Origin: Chromera velia
Taxonomy: Eukaryota
Assembly (NCBI GenBank): GCA_018398765.1
Contig: JAHBMJ010000410.1
Location: 62,001 to 126,000, forward strand
Reading direction: 5' to 3'
DNA: 64,000 bases
The notes below the pieces were generated by a model that made no database searches, was not told where the DNA came from, and was given only the letters and a program-made list of their open reading frames with translations. Below are positions 12,401 to 24,325 of the stretch, one piece after another; positions within the stretch are counted from its first letter, which is position 1, and the number at the start of each line of letters is the position of its first letter. Both the position numbers and the translations under genes were made by a program.

Positions 12401-13845
12401 CACCAGAAACCCACAGACAGTCCCAGTGCCTCCCCGTCTATGGCACACGTTAGGAATCGACGTATCTGGTCCTTTCCCAACCTCCTGCAGAGGAAACCGA
12501 TTTGTCCTCGTTGTGACGGATCATTTCTCGAAGAACGTCGAAGCCTTCGCCCGTCCTGAGATGACAGCAACAGTCGTGGCACAGATTTTGGTGGATGAAA
12601 TTTTTTGTCGGTATGGGCCGTTTGAGGTCCTGCTCTCTGACAGGGGGACGAACTTCCGGAGTGAGTTGGTGTCTGAGGTGTTGCGCATTCTGAAGGTCAA
12701 CCACAAACTAACCTCAGGATACCACCCTCAGTGCAACGGTCTGACTGAGCGTTACAATCAGACCTGGGAGCAGGGGGTTGGGAAGTAGTTGAAGGCAGAG
12801 AATTCCCTTGACTGGGACTTTTACCTCCAGCCATTCAATTTCTCTTACCGCACCACCCCTCATGCCGAAACCCGTCTCACTCCTTTTCAGCTGATGTATG
12901 GGTATGAGCCGACCCATCTGCTGCGAGTTGAACCTGTCTCCCCGGACGCACGGTCCCCTCCTATTGCCTACAATGACTACTACAGCGTCATCCGACAGAA
13001 CAGACTGCAACTGGTCGACGCAGCACAACAGAGGATGGAAAGATCGAGACAGGAGAGGGAGGAGAGGAATCTTCCACTGACGCAACCGAGATTCAGAGTG
13101 GATGATCAGGTTTTTCTCCGCAAGCCGGAGAACCCGTTGACAGGGAGGAATACAGGAAAACTGGAGGCGACCCATGAGGGGGTGTACAAGTTGTTGCCAA
13201 CCCAGAAGGACGGACACACAACACAGTGATCAGACGAGTGGGAGGAAAAGAGAGAGTCTCTGTGAGTACAGACAGGTTGGCACTTTGGAAGAAGAGAGAG
13301 AACGCCAGAGCAGAAGGAAAAGAAACAGAGGTTGAAGACAAGGAGGAGAGATCGAGAACAGAAAGAGAGAGTGGAATGAAAGGAAAAGAGAAAGAGAGGC
13401 AGAGAGAAGAGGAGACGCATACGTTTGACGAGACATATGCAGAGGCCAGTGATCCGTGCCCTTGGTGGCAGGTAGGTCCACGTCAGCACCGCAAGACGAA
13501 ATTGTCTCCAATTGATGAGGAGGAGTCAGAGTTCGAGTTTGAGACTTCTTCTGAGGAGGAAGAGAAAGAGAGTGAACAGGAGGACAGTGAGGGACTAGAA
13601 AGTTAAAAAGGGAGAAAGGAGGCGCCAGGATCGAATTCAAAGAAGGAAAAAAGAAAGCAGAAGGCAGTGCACGTTGGAATTCAAGCAAGTCAGGAGAAGG
13701 AAGGAAAGACCTTCTACCGTCACACGGTGTTTCCTTCTCCGATGGCACTTTTCTTTGGCTGAGTGAAGAGGAGGTGGACGCACCTACCCTCGTTGAAGAC
13801 TTTGAGAGGAAGAAGGAAGCCGTTTTGCATGGCTGGATGGAATGA
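9421..13845 (+). pseudogene. pol: pol: aspartic protease, reverse transcriptase, RNase H, integrase, possible chromodomain-like tail; several stops and frameshifts
   Basis: ILDSGA (protease); SPWAASVVLVKKPDG, MPFGL, YIDD (RT); DACK, NYSSVEREALG, TDHK, ADALSR (RNase H); H-H-C-C, GIDVSGPF, LSDRG, ERYN (integrase). Stops at 10804, 11859, 12378, 12384, 12786; frameshift near 11370. Confidence 0.92.
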
Positions 13846-14046
13846 ACTGTTGATTGCTCCATGACATGAAGTGATAACTGTGCTGTTTCAATCGATTTGA
13901 TCCATCATTCCTTTTTTTTCCCACCCTTCTTATGTTTTCCCGCCCTTCGTGTCATGTGGTGCGGCCGCGCCAATGGTGGTTCTTCGATTGCCGGTGTAGG
14001 TGGCCAGGATCGGTGAAAGGTGTGAATTGTGCAGGACGTACAAACT

Positions 14047-14062
14047 TAAAGGGGGGAGTGAT
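14047..14062 (+). promoter_or_regulatory. Polypurine tract
   Basis: TAAAGGGGGGAGTGAT immediately before the 3' LTR. Confidence 0.85.
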
Positions 14063-14337
14063 TGTTATGGATCATGAATAAGAGAAACACTAAGTCCTTT
14101 GATAAGCAAGATCGACCTAATAGTAAAAAGATCTAATACAGAGTGATTGCTTCAATACAGACGCGTGCCTATTATTGACAGCAATTCTCAGATACAGAGA
14201 ATGGACGCATATACATGCTGCCTGTTATAGAGAGAAGGCAAGCCTGAAGGAAAAGTGCCCTCTCTAATAGACCTCTATGTGTAAGATCGTATAAGTACGT
14301 ATCTGAGCCCTATAGCTTCCGTAGGCCTGACGGAACA
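14063..14337 (+). repeat. 3' LTR
   Basis: TGTTATGGATCATG...GACGGAACA with TG...CA termini. Confidence 0.95.
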
Positions 14338-15374
14338 TTTATAATCACATTTCCGATAAACTCCAGTAACTTAAACTTGTACTTTTAATGTGCACCATGA
14401 CTTTGGACTATAATCTGTTTTATTCTAAAAAAATAAATCTAAATTATCTAATTTTAGTTAATTTAAGTTAAATCAGTAACATAATCAATATACAATTTAA
14501 TTAAATTTAGTTTAAAAGTAGATTGACGATGATTGACGCTTCTGTATCAACAACTGAATTAACTGACTTTCTGTCAACAAGAACAAAGTGGCCGCTAAGT
14601 TGCTATTAAAGTGAATTCATATTGGTCGATCTTCATTCAAAAGTTAAGGAGCATCATGCAGCTGTCTGAGTACATCCACGTACTTTACAATTCAACTAAA
14701 CTAAACTCAACTTCGATTTTTTAAACATAAAATTTAGTGGAGGGATGAATTGCGGTGAAGAGACTTTTGTGGAGTCAACATATTGTAAAAGTGGGGAGCT
14801 TTAATTGGGCTTTTAGGGGGTTAGGGTTTCGTTTCCCTATGTTTCCCTGGCCCGTCCCCCCCTCCCCCCCGGCCTCCCCGGCCCGATTGACGCCCCGCGC
14901 GCGCCTGCATGCATGCATGAAGCTTCGCCGCGCGCCGCGCGATCTGTCACGCGCACAGTCTGAGAATGTCTGTCTGTCACACGAGAAAACAACTCCCTTC
15001 CGAAGAATCCGAACTTCGAAGCTAGGAAGGCATGTCATCATTCCTCTGTCTTTGCCACACGTGTATGAAGCCGACCTCAGTGGAAGAGCGGGTTTGAACA
15101 GATTGATAAGATTTCGATCAGTGGCTCGATTCACACTTCTACCGTCGACCCACCCGAATTGCTTTTACGTTCAGAAAGGTCTCCTCTGGTTCAGTTCTGG
15201 CACATCTGCATTTCTAGCATTCAGGAATCGGTCAGACGGTTGCTCATAGAGAGGTGTGGGAATTTGGGCGCAGCCACATACCCCAAAAGAGGGTTCGCTT
15301 TGAGTTGATTGGCGTAGAAGGCAACTGAGTCTCTTCCAGTGGTCCAAAGAGAACAACGCTCTCTGGTCTTAAAC

Positions 15375-16379
15375 ATGGTCTCCAAGGGTTTCATACGAAA
15401 GGTTGAGGGTGCCCTGCCGGTGAGTCGCCTTTCTTTCGTTTTGAGTTCTTTCGAACTTGTTTCTCCTGGCTCTAATGGTTGAAAGTCTTGTCTCCTTTAC
15501 CCGTCTCCGTGTTTTTACATCCTCAGTTATCTTTCCCACTCCGCATGTGTATCTTTTTGTATATGTGCCTGTGGGTTTGTCTGCCGGTTTAAAAAAAGGC
15601 AGGGGCGGAAGAAAGATATGGTCCGTCTCTCTGTCGGGCTTTCTGTTTGTCGAGCTTCCAATCCCTACTAAAAATATGATCGGTAGATGATCTCTGTGTC
15701 TCTGTCCATCTGATTGTTAACATGGGCGCCGAGCAAGGCCTATCTGAAGGCAGACTTGTCGCTTCCTCTTTCGGTGTCTGGCGTCTGTATAGGTCGGCTG
15801 CCATCCGTCGAAACGCACATGCATCATTTCAGAGACAAACGGGCCCACACGTACTACGACTAATGCACGAAGGAGCAACCCTCCCTGGTGTTCACTTGAA
15901 CCGCTCCCTTTCTTTTTTCATCCATTGAGAGGCAGGTGGTTTCATGCTCCCCTCTCTTCGTTCCCCCCTTGCACGCCTGTCTGCCTGCGTACTTCTCTCT
16001 TCTGTCAGGATAAGAAGGTGGTAGACTTCTTCAGGGCTCGGTCGAAAGAGTTCCAGGACCTCACTGGAAAGGAGGAGAAGTACTACGGACGAGTCAAAGA
16101 ACGCCTCGACGATAGCATCGTGAGTTGCCCTGCATGCAGCCGGGCAAGCAGGCAGAGGGGATCTCGCTTCTTTTCGTTAATCTTCGATCCTGTCGGTAGA
16201 CTCGAAGGAAATTTCCGTACTTTCGGCCTTCAGAAAAGGCGTTTCGGCAACAGCACCGTCAGTGGGTGTGCAGATGGTGTTGTGATATCCATCCGGGCAT
16301 TCGTTCGAGAGCCACAGCACTGTCTGTGCCTTTGGCGAGGCAGAGTACAGACAGACAGCGGGCCTTGACAAATTTAAAA

Positions 16380-16419
<40 letters not shown>

Positions 16420-16852
16420 CAGTCAGTCAGTCAGTCAGAGGGTCAGAAACTGACTAACTGACTGGCTGATTGACTCAGTGACTGACAGACACACAACTAG
16501 AGTACGATAAAGTGACGATCAGAGAGAGCAAGGACCAAAGCAGACGAACAGATGGAAAACTAAAAAAGCGATCTTCCTTCCCTCCCCCTGTCTGAGAAGC
16601 TGACATGACATGAGACTAACAGAAAATAGACTACATCCTTCTCTGTTGGCTTTCTCCTCGGTGAGCGCCCTTCACTCGCTTCTCCCGCTTCCTCACTCGG
16701 ATCCGCCTCCCTCCTTCCCTGCCTGCCTGTGTGTATGTGTGTGTGTGTATGTGTGCAGGTGTTCATAAAACGGGAGGAGAAGAAGCTGGCGTGGGAGCTC
16801 CAGGTGGATTTGTGGGAGGCTTATTGGGATGAGGTGTGTCCGCCAGTCCGTG

Positions 16853-16902
<50 letters not shown>

Positions 16903-16960
16903 TGTGTGCGTGCGTGTGTGTGTGTGTGTGCGTGTGTGTGTGCGTGTGTGTGTGCGTGTG

Positions 16961-16992
<32 letters not shown>

Positions 16993-17613
16993 CGTGTGTG
17001 TGTGCGTGTGCGTGTATGTATGTGTGTGTGTATGTGTGTGTGTGTGTGTGTTCCCAATCCCCCACTGCTCGTCCTTTTTCCCGAGAGACAGAGAGAAAAA
17101 CAAACAGACAGACAGACAGAGGGCCCGTCTGGAACCGTTTTTTTGTTCTCTTGAGGCTGAAAGTTGAAGCTCGCTCACGAAAAGAAACAAACGGGCTATG
17201 GTGGGCGACCTTGTGAGTAATTTCCGTCTCCTTCCCTTCCCTGTTGGTTCCGGTCTGATGAGGTGCCAAGATGGAAAGAGAAAACACAAGTGACTTGCGC
17301 TCTGCCTCTGTCTGGTTCGAAGCGCACACTTTCCACTTGCTTACACCCATGCATTCGCATTCTCAAAAAGTTCGAAAATTCCACAAATTCTTCCAGAGAG
17401 AAAGAGAGAGACCCGAAAGAAATCGCAGAGAGTGTATGATTGTTCCTTCCATGTCCTTCTTCCACTTCTGTTTGTTTGTGTCTTTGCAGAAGGTGCAAAA
17501 ATTTGTGGAAGTAATGGGACGTTTCTACAGGCACAGAATTGCGGTCCGTCAGTCACGGGGTTTGTTTCTTTCTTTCCTTACTCATTTATTCTGTTTTTCT
17601 GTCTGTCTTTCTT

Positions 17614-17672
<59 letters not shown>

Positions 17673-19550
17673 CTTCTTTCTTTCTTTCTTTCTTTCTTTC
17701 TTTTCCTTCCTTCCTTCCTTTTTTCTTCTTCTTTCTCTGCGGTACACTTCTATTTCCTCTGAGAGAAGAGAGAGAACCCCCTTGAGAGACCACTCATGCA
17801 ATGAGGAGACAAACAAGCGGGCAGGAATTCTATTCATTTATTTGGGCCTTTTCTGGACCGAGATGCTCCTGTCAGAGCCTCCAAACTCTCTCACACTGTG
17901 TGAACGAAACAAAAGGACGTCGCTTTTCTGCCGTGCTTGATTTCTGTTGTGCACCCGTGCCTCCTCTGACTCTCTGGTTCCACCTTTCATTGCTCCCCTG
18001 ACACTGCTGCGGTCCGAGTATTGGGCACATCACCACCCTCGCGTGCAATGTTGAGAAACAGCACTTGCATTTCTTTCTTTGTTTGTGGATGACTGCAGTG
18101 CCGCAATCAAAGACGAGGGAGTAGTCTAGGTAGCACGCCTACCGCCTCAGACCGGGGGGAGCGGGGGGGCAGAGGTGACGGACGGGGGGCCTCTAGGGAG
18201 ACTAGCGAACGCACTCCGAGAGAGGCAAACGCGCGCGGGTCGACACAACCCTCCACTGTTGCTTCCCGATGTTTCGAGAACATCCCCGCAGCAGCAGCAG
18301 CAGCAGCAGCAGCAGCCGCAGGAGACCCGAGAGGCTTGAACAGACAGCGCCCCCCTCAGCAACAAGAGAGAGAGAGGAAGAGAGGATCCCCGAGACGTTG
18401 AAGGTCGGAGAGGTTCTCGTGATACCACCAACGCACGCAGACCCAGAGCAACGGCAGACCCATGGGAGGAAGCCGTTATGGGGGGGGGGGAGGTCACGTC
18501 CGGTCGCAGCAACTCGTCAAAACACCCGACGGATAAGGAGAAGCCCCCAAGACACAACATCAGCAGCAGCAGCCGACGAGAAAGGGAGCGGACATCCCCG
18601 AAAGAAGGGGATGATGACGACTTAGATTCGAGGTGTTTGGGTGATGTGGCGTCCAGTGATGATGAGGAGACACAGAGAGAGGAAGAGAAAGAGGAGGACG
18701 ACTTTGGCACCCGCACGAGTTATGTGGGCAGAGGGGTAAGAGGGCTGGAAGAATGGGTAAAAGGGAGAGGAAAGGGGTGTGAGTCGAATGCGGCAGCGCT
18801 GAAGGATTATCTTGAGTCCCAGCCGAACATGCCCATGGGCGTGAAGGATCGGGTGGACAAGGTGGTGGAGAGAACCCTGGACTCCTCTCTGCCTGCAGAG
18901 TGGACGAAGGAGGACTCGGAAGCGAAACTGGAGGGGATCATGGAGTCTGCACTCAGGATGAAGTTCCCTGAGGTAGGTAGGAAGTGAACTTCGTAGGGCA
19001 GTCAGTGCGTTGGCTCGGGGCGGGAAGAATTCACCTTCAGAGGAGGGGAGGGGATCATCTTTCTTCCTCTCTCCCGCTCTTTAACGGATTTCTGCCTGTG
19101 CAGGTTTGAGTGAGTGGGTCTGTTGTTATGCGTGTGTTTATATGTGTGCATTTTCCGTGCGTGTTTGTAAACGTGCAGCTGTGTGTGTGCGTGTGTGTGT
19201 GTGTGTGTGTGTATGAGTGTGTGTGTGTGTGTGTGTGTGTGTATCTGTACGGATGGTGTTGGTTCCGTGTTCCGAAGATGGTTGAAAAGAATCACAGTGG
19301 AGTTTTTATCCATTTGCTGGTTTGTCCAAACAATCGTCTTCAAGCAAGTTTGAACGACCACGGGACCTCTCTGTCTGTCTGTCTGTTGATTTCTTGTTTT
19401 GTTGTTGCTTCCTCCTCCTCCTTCCTCTGTCAGACAGAGCTTTCTGTCTGTATGTCCATCTGTTCGTCACCCATCCACCTGATTCCATCGATAGGTCATC
19501 GCTCTCGTTCCTCCTTTCCATCTGTCTGATCATTTCAACCAGCCATTCAG

Positions 19551-19591
<41 letters not shown>

Positions 19592-20633
19592 CCTGCCCTC
19601 ATGGATCTGCCGTTGATGAATGGTCTGTCCGCCTTCTTTTTCGCCTTTTTTGCCCCTTCTCTGTTCCTCTGTTCACCTTTTCTGATACTTTGGTCTGTTT
19701 GGGCTGCGTGCCTGAGAGCAGCCGACCGGGAAAGCCTTCGACCCCGACTTGGCCCACGCCAAGTACGTCCCCAAACTTCTGGTGGGACAGTGGCGGGGGG
19801 CTCACGACAAGAACGCGGGGCCGAAGGTCGTGTACGCGATGAGAAAGGAGATGTTGAAGAATATTGATTCCGTCGCGCTTGTGGAGAAACTCCAAAAGCA
19901 CAAAATCTCGGCGGCCTTCGGGTTGTTGTCGGGGATAGGAGATGAGAAAAAAATGAAGGATGCCAGTGTGGTGGTCCAGTTGAGGTTTCCAGACGAAGAC
20001 GATGACAAAAGGCCTTTCACGGTCATACACAGAGCCAAAGATTCGATCACCGCCAGCCAAATTGCTGCCCAGGCGACATTTGGCACTATTCGGCATCGTA
20101 TGGGGGAGCGTCAGGGGGGGTTGTGGTCGGGGTGGCCGGCTGCTCCGGATCCATTTGAGAGAGAGGGGAGAGGGCGGGGTGGGTCGGGAGCCAGAGTCAG
20201 GGGGGTGGTTGACGAAGAAGAGAACCAGAGAGAGAGAAACGCATTCTTTCAGGCAATGCTCTCCCGAAGGCAGAAATCTCCGTCTCCCACCCCCCCTCGT
20301 CCCAGGTCTCCCCCCAGATCCAGAGCCAGGAAGGGGGAGGAGACTTATTTGAATGGCACTTTAGGGAACGAATGGGGAGTTCCTGATGATCGGAACGGGC
20401 ATTTCCATCGGGAGGGGGGAGAGAGGGATTGGGAGGGCAGAGGGAGAACGAATGGACAAAGAGGGGGGGAGGCGCAGAGAGAGGGGAGTTCCGCGAGGGA
20501 GAGGGAAAGAGAGAGGGAGGGGCAAGGGGAAAGGGAGAGGGAAAGGGAGAGGAGGAGGAGGACAGAAACGGAGAGGACCCGGAGGAGACAGGTCGACGAT
20601 GGCTCCTGGGTCGACGACGGCTCCTGGGGATAG
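15375..20633 (+). CDS. Multi-exon hypothetical protein
   Basis: Predicted exons 15375-15419 ([15 protein letters not shown]), 16009-16119, 16759-16833, ~17490-17544, ~18099-18973, ~19720-20633, mostly with GT-AG borders; R/E/G-rich C-terminus ending in duplicated VDDGSW; no recognisable domain. Confidence 0.6.
16855..17050. repeat. Compound (CT)n/(TG)n intronic microsatellite
   Basis: Direct inspection; similar tracts at 16384-16416, 17605-17730, 19180-19242, 19555-19589. Confidence 0.95.
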
Positions 20634-23600
20634 AGAGAGAGAGATGAGAACAGAGGGAGGGCTGTATCTGCGTGTCTGCATGCATGCGTGCGTGCACACA
20701 AAGAGAGAGTCCCGTTTCCGTTCTCTTGTCTTCTCGTCTCTTCTCTTCTCTTCAGAGGTTCATTGTATTCGTGTTCGTTCCCAGCTTTCGAGCCTCTCGA
20801 TCCTGCCTACTGTGACTGTCCATGTGATCTTTTCCTTCTCTCCGCACCTCTACCGTTTGACGATCTCACTCATTCGCCTCCCACTGCCGTCCTCCGGCCC
20901 CGAGGGCGGCCCTCCCCCGTCTACATTCGTGAGGACCAATGCACTGCTTGATCATTCCTCCTTCCTGCCACCCCTCCCCCCGCTGGCCTGTCGTACCTCG
21001 AATGCACGCGCTTGCTGCTCTCAAGTGGGCACTCTGCATTCGCAGTCTGACCCGCGAGTCTTGCTCATTCATCTGTTTCCACCATTTCTCGCTCAGTAGT
21101 TTTGCCAGCTTTTTCAAAAACATCCTTCCTTGCCTCTCGCTCCATCGTGCCGTCCACTGCACCCACTAAGGGGATGAAGTTACATCCCCTTTCCTCGTTC
21201 GTCTGCCAATGCATGCTTGTTTCTTCTTTTTCTCTTCTGTTGCTTCTCCGAGGGCTTGCGTCCATGCTAGTGACCTTGTCCCTGGAGGTGGCGTTCGGGT
21301 TGCTGAACGCTAGACGCCTTTTTATGCCAGGGCCGATGGCGATGGCGCATGTATAATGATGATGATGATGACCTCTGAGTGAACAATTGCTGGCCTCTGC
21401 AAATGGAGCAAGTAGGCCCCCCACTGGCAGACTTCTGAGTCACGTCTCTCTTAGCTTCTCTCTAAACTTCTCTTCACTTGCGCTATAGCTCTTCGAAGAG
21501 ACAAATCTAGAGACAGATATATTCAGATGAATCAGATCCTAAATCAGATCCAGTCACAAAAAGTATATCAATCAATCTCTATAGCAATTAAATTTAATGT
21601 TAGCTAGTGAATTAATATAGGATAGGAATATAAAAATCTAAAAAAAGTTTTGCCCACGTATTTAGACCTAGCTAGACCTAGACGAATCTAGAGACGTATA
21701 GCTATACTAAGTTAGCTATTATTAACTATAGTAGCGCACAAATAATTTTTGATAAGTCGAAAAACACGTATATACATTAATTATTAATATCAAGAGTCAT
21801 AGGATAAGGCAAGTTCAATTTTAAAGTCTCATGCAGGGCCTACTGCAGGCCCTGCAGGGCCTAAGCTATTCATTCATTCATTCATTCATTCATTCATGTG
21901 AACACAAAATTACTTAAATTCTGATGATTGTCTAGATGTTTGTCAGATTAATTCTAGAATTGATTACAAAAATATAGAGTGAAACGTTTTGCAAAATTAT
22001 CTACAAAAAACTTTTTTAGGTAAAGTTATTTCAACTTAGTTGGCTATATAGTTGGCCTAGATGGTTAGCACTAGAGTTGGCGCACACTCAAATATGAAGA
22101 ACCTTCAGGCATGCAGTTTCCAGTGCAGTCACACACGGTTATAAAAATCTTTCAAAAATTGTTCTAAGCCCTGCAGACTGCAGTGCAGTCCGTAAATTAA
22201 AAAAAAAGAAAAGAAAGTTTAATTCCGATTTTTTTTTTTCTTTTTTTATATTTACCAACCAAAAAACACATAGTTTTTATGCAATAATGTAGCAACATCC
22301 TTTGCCCTACTAGCATTAAATTCCTGGTCACTTTACTGGCCAATTTTCTCAGTGGTAACTAGTAATTTTACTAGTAAAAAGTGAATTTTGACCAGTAAAA
22401 AATGCTAGAAAAAATGAATTTACTTATAGCCTGAGGGTCAAACTCAAGAAGTATAAGGAATTAGAAGCTCACATTTTGTGTACAAAGAGATCTCAACGTT
22501 ACTAGGCATAACCGCTTTGTCCCATGCAATTAACGGAAGCATGACTGGGCAACAGGTAAATAATTCACGAACGGCCAATAATGCAAAGGGGGCCGCTTCA
22601 GGTGGGACTTTCGTGAGACTCTGTGGCGGTGAGACACATACCCTCTACATGCGTGCCGACAGCGCTAGCGACAGCGTACCCATGCAAAGTCCGTGGATCA
22701 GTACGCATGCACAGTGTGGCTGCATGCACGCTGCTGCCGTGACAGCCACTGGATTTGGGCCCGCACGGCATGGGCGAAAGCGGAGAGAAGAGTGTGAAAG
22801 CATGGGACGAACGTACCGATTGCTAAAGAAATAATTAAGGACCCGTTTGGACTGGTCAATTGGATGACCGGGCACTGACTCAGTTCTTTGATCTCTCTCC
22901 CTCTTTTACCACGCAATGCCAGCGATTGCCAGGCACGTACACGCCGAACGTTGGCCCTGCAGTCCGACTGCCTGCCAGGGAATCAACCTAGCGAGGGGTC
23001 CGGCAGGCACTCGGTTGAGTTGATCGATCGCGAGAGGTGAGGTGAGTCAGGGAGGGTAGACAGGGGAATGATGGGGTGGGTGCGCAGGTGGGAAGAAAGA
23101 GTCGGTCAGTCGGTCGGCTGAAAACATGAAGGGAGGTGTGAGAAGAGAAGAAGAAGAGTCATATGATCAACCAGGAAGGGGACGAGTCGACGACCTGTAG
23201 TCAGTCTGCATGGGAGCAGTTCTTTCTTTCTTTCTTTCTTTCGCCCTTTTCCTCAAAAACTCAGTCAGTGGGTCGCATTGAGTGACTGCACGGGTTAGTG
23301 TAAACGTGTAAACGATCTTTGAATTCCTGACACATTGACGCATGCACGTTCTGCACTGCCATTGGATCCACAGATGGCTTTGGACAGAGGCGCTGGAGCA
23401 AGCGAGGAGACATGCAGGAAGGAGACAGAAACGACTGAGGGTGGGTGCTAAGTCCCTCTGTCTGCCAGCCTTTCCGACCTTGCTTGCTTCTCTCCTCTTT
23501 TTTCTTGCAAAGATGTTCTCGATTCGCGTTCTCTGAGCAACTTCCCTTTCACCTTTTCTCGTTCAAATTGCTCCTTTCCACCCTCTCTGCCCACTTCCAA

Positions 23601-24325
23601 GTCTCCTCATTCTCGTTCATGCATCCACCCATCTTCCTCCTGACTTGCCGATCCGACCTCCCACCTGCACACACTCTCAACTCTCTTCAACCAACCGGAG
23701 AGGCAACCATTCGAGTCTCCCCACACAAAAGCCCGCAAGTCTGTCTGCAGATGTATTACATGGGGAGAGAATTCTGATTCCCCTTTCTTGTTCGTTTTTT
23801 TCACAGCAAACCGTTTGTCCTTTACACGTTCAAGATCAATCAAAAAAACCATCACTGCACGTTAGCGGCAGCAGACAAAAGAGAGGGATGGAAATAGGGC
23901 AGCGATCCTACAGGGCAACCGTGACCCTTCAACAAAGAGAAAAAGAAAACAAAAGAGAGAGGGAGGACAGAACTGGAGCCTCACCTATCCCCCTGCTAAA
24001 TTGCCTGATGGATGGATGGACCCCCACAACCAGACAGCCAGGGGCAGTCCCTCGCTGCCGAGGATCAGGTGACACAACAACGACTACTGCGCCTATCACC
24101 CAACCGACCAACTACTCTACAAGTCCCCAAGCCGATATTCACAGCCAATCAGTCAATGCCTCCCTCTCTCCCTCCCCAACGACCAGCCTTCTCTTGAATC
24201 TCTTCTGAATTGATCGCATCTCTAAAGGGAGAGCGAAACCAGAGAAGACAGCAGCCGTGTCCAGACAGACAGAGAGAAGAACAAACAAAAGGGGAGAAAG
24301 AAAAGAGAACGAAGGAGAAATTCAC

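Larger units (their letters stand above)
7879..14337 (+). mobile_element. Ty3/Gypsy LTR retrotransposon, full length, inactivated
   Basis: Direct-repeat LTRs 7879-8159 and 14063-14337; PBS after the 5' LTR; PPT before the 3' LTR; flanks TTTGT/TTTAT (5-bp TSD, 1 mismatch); domain order gag-PR-RT-RH-IN. Confidence 0.97.

Noticed and set aside
8999..12788. Stop-codon reassignment or programmed readthrough as the cause of in-frame stops
   Set aside because: All three stop types occur along with frameshifts and missense decay, and host genes end at standard stops
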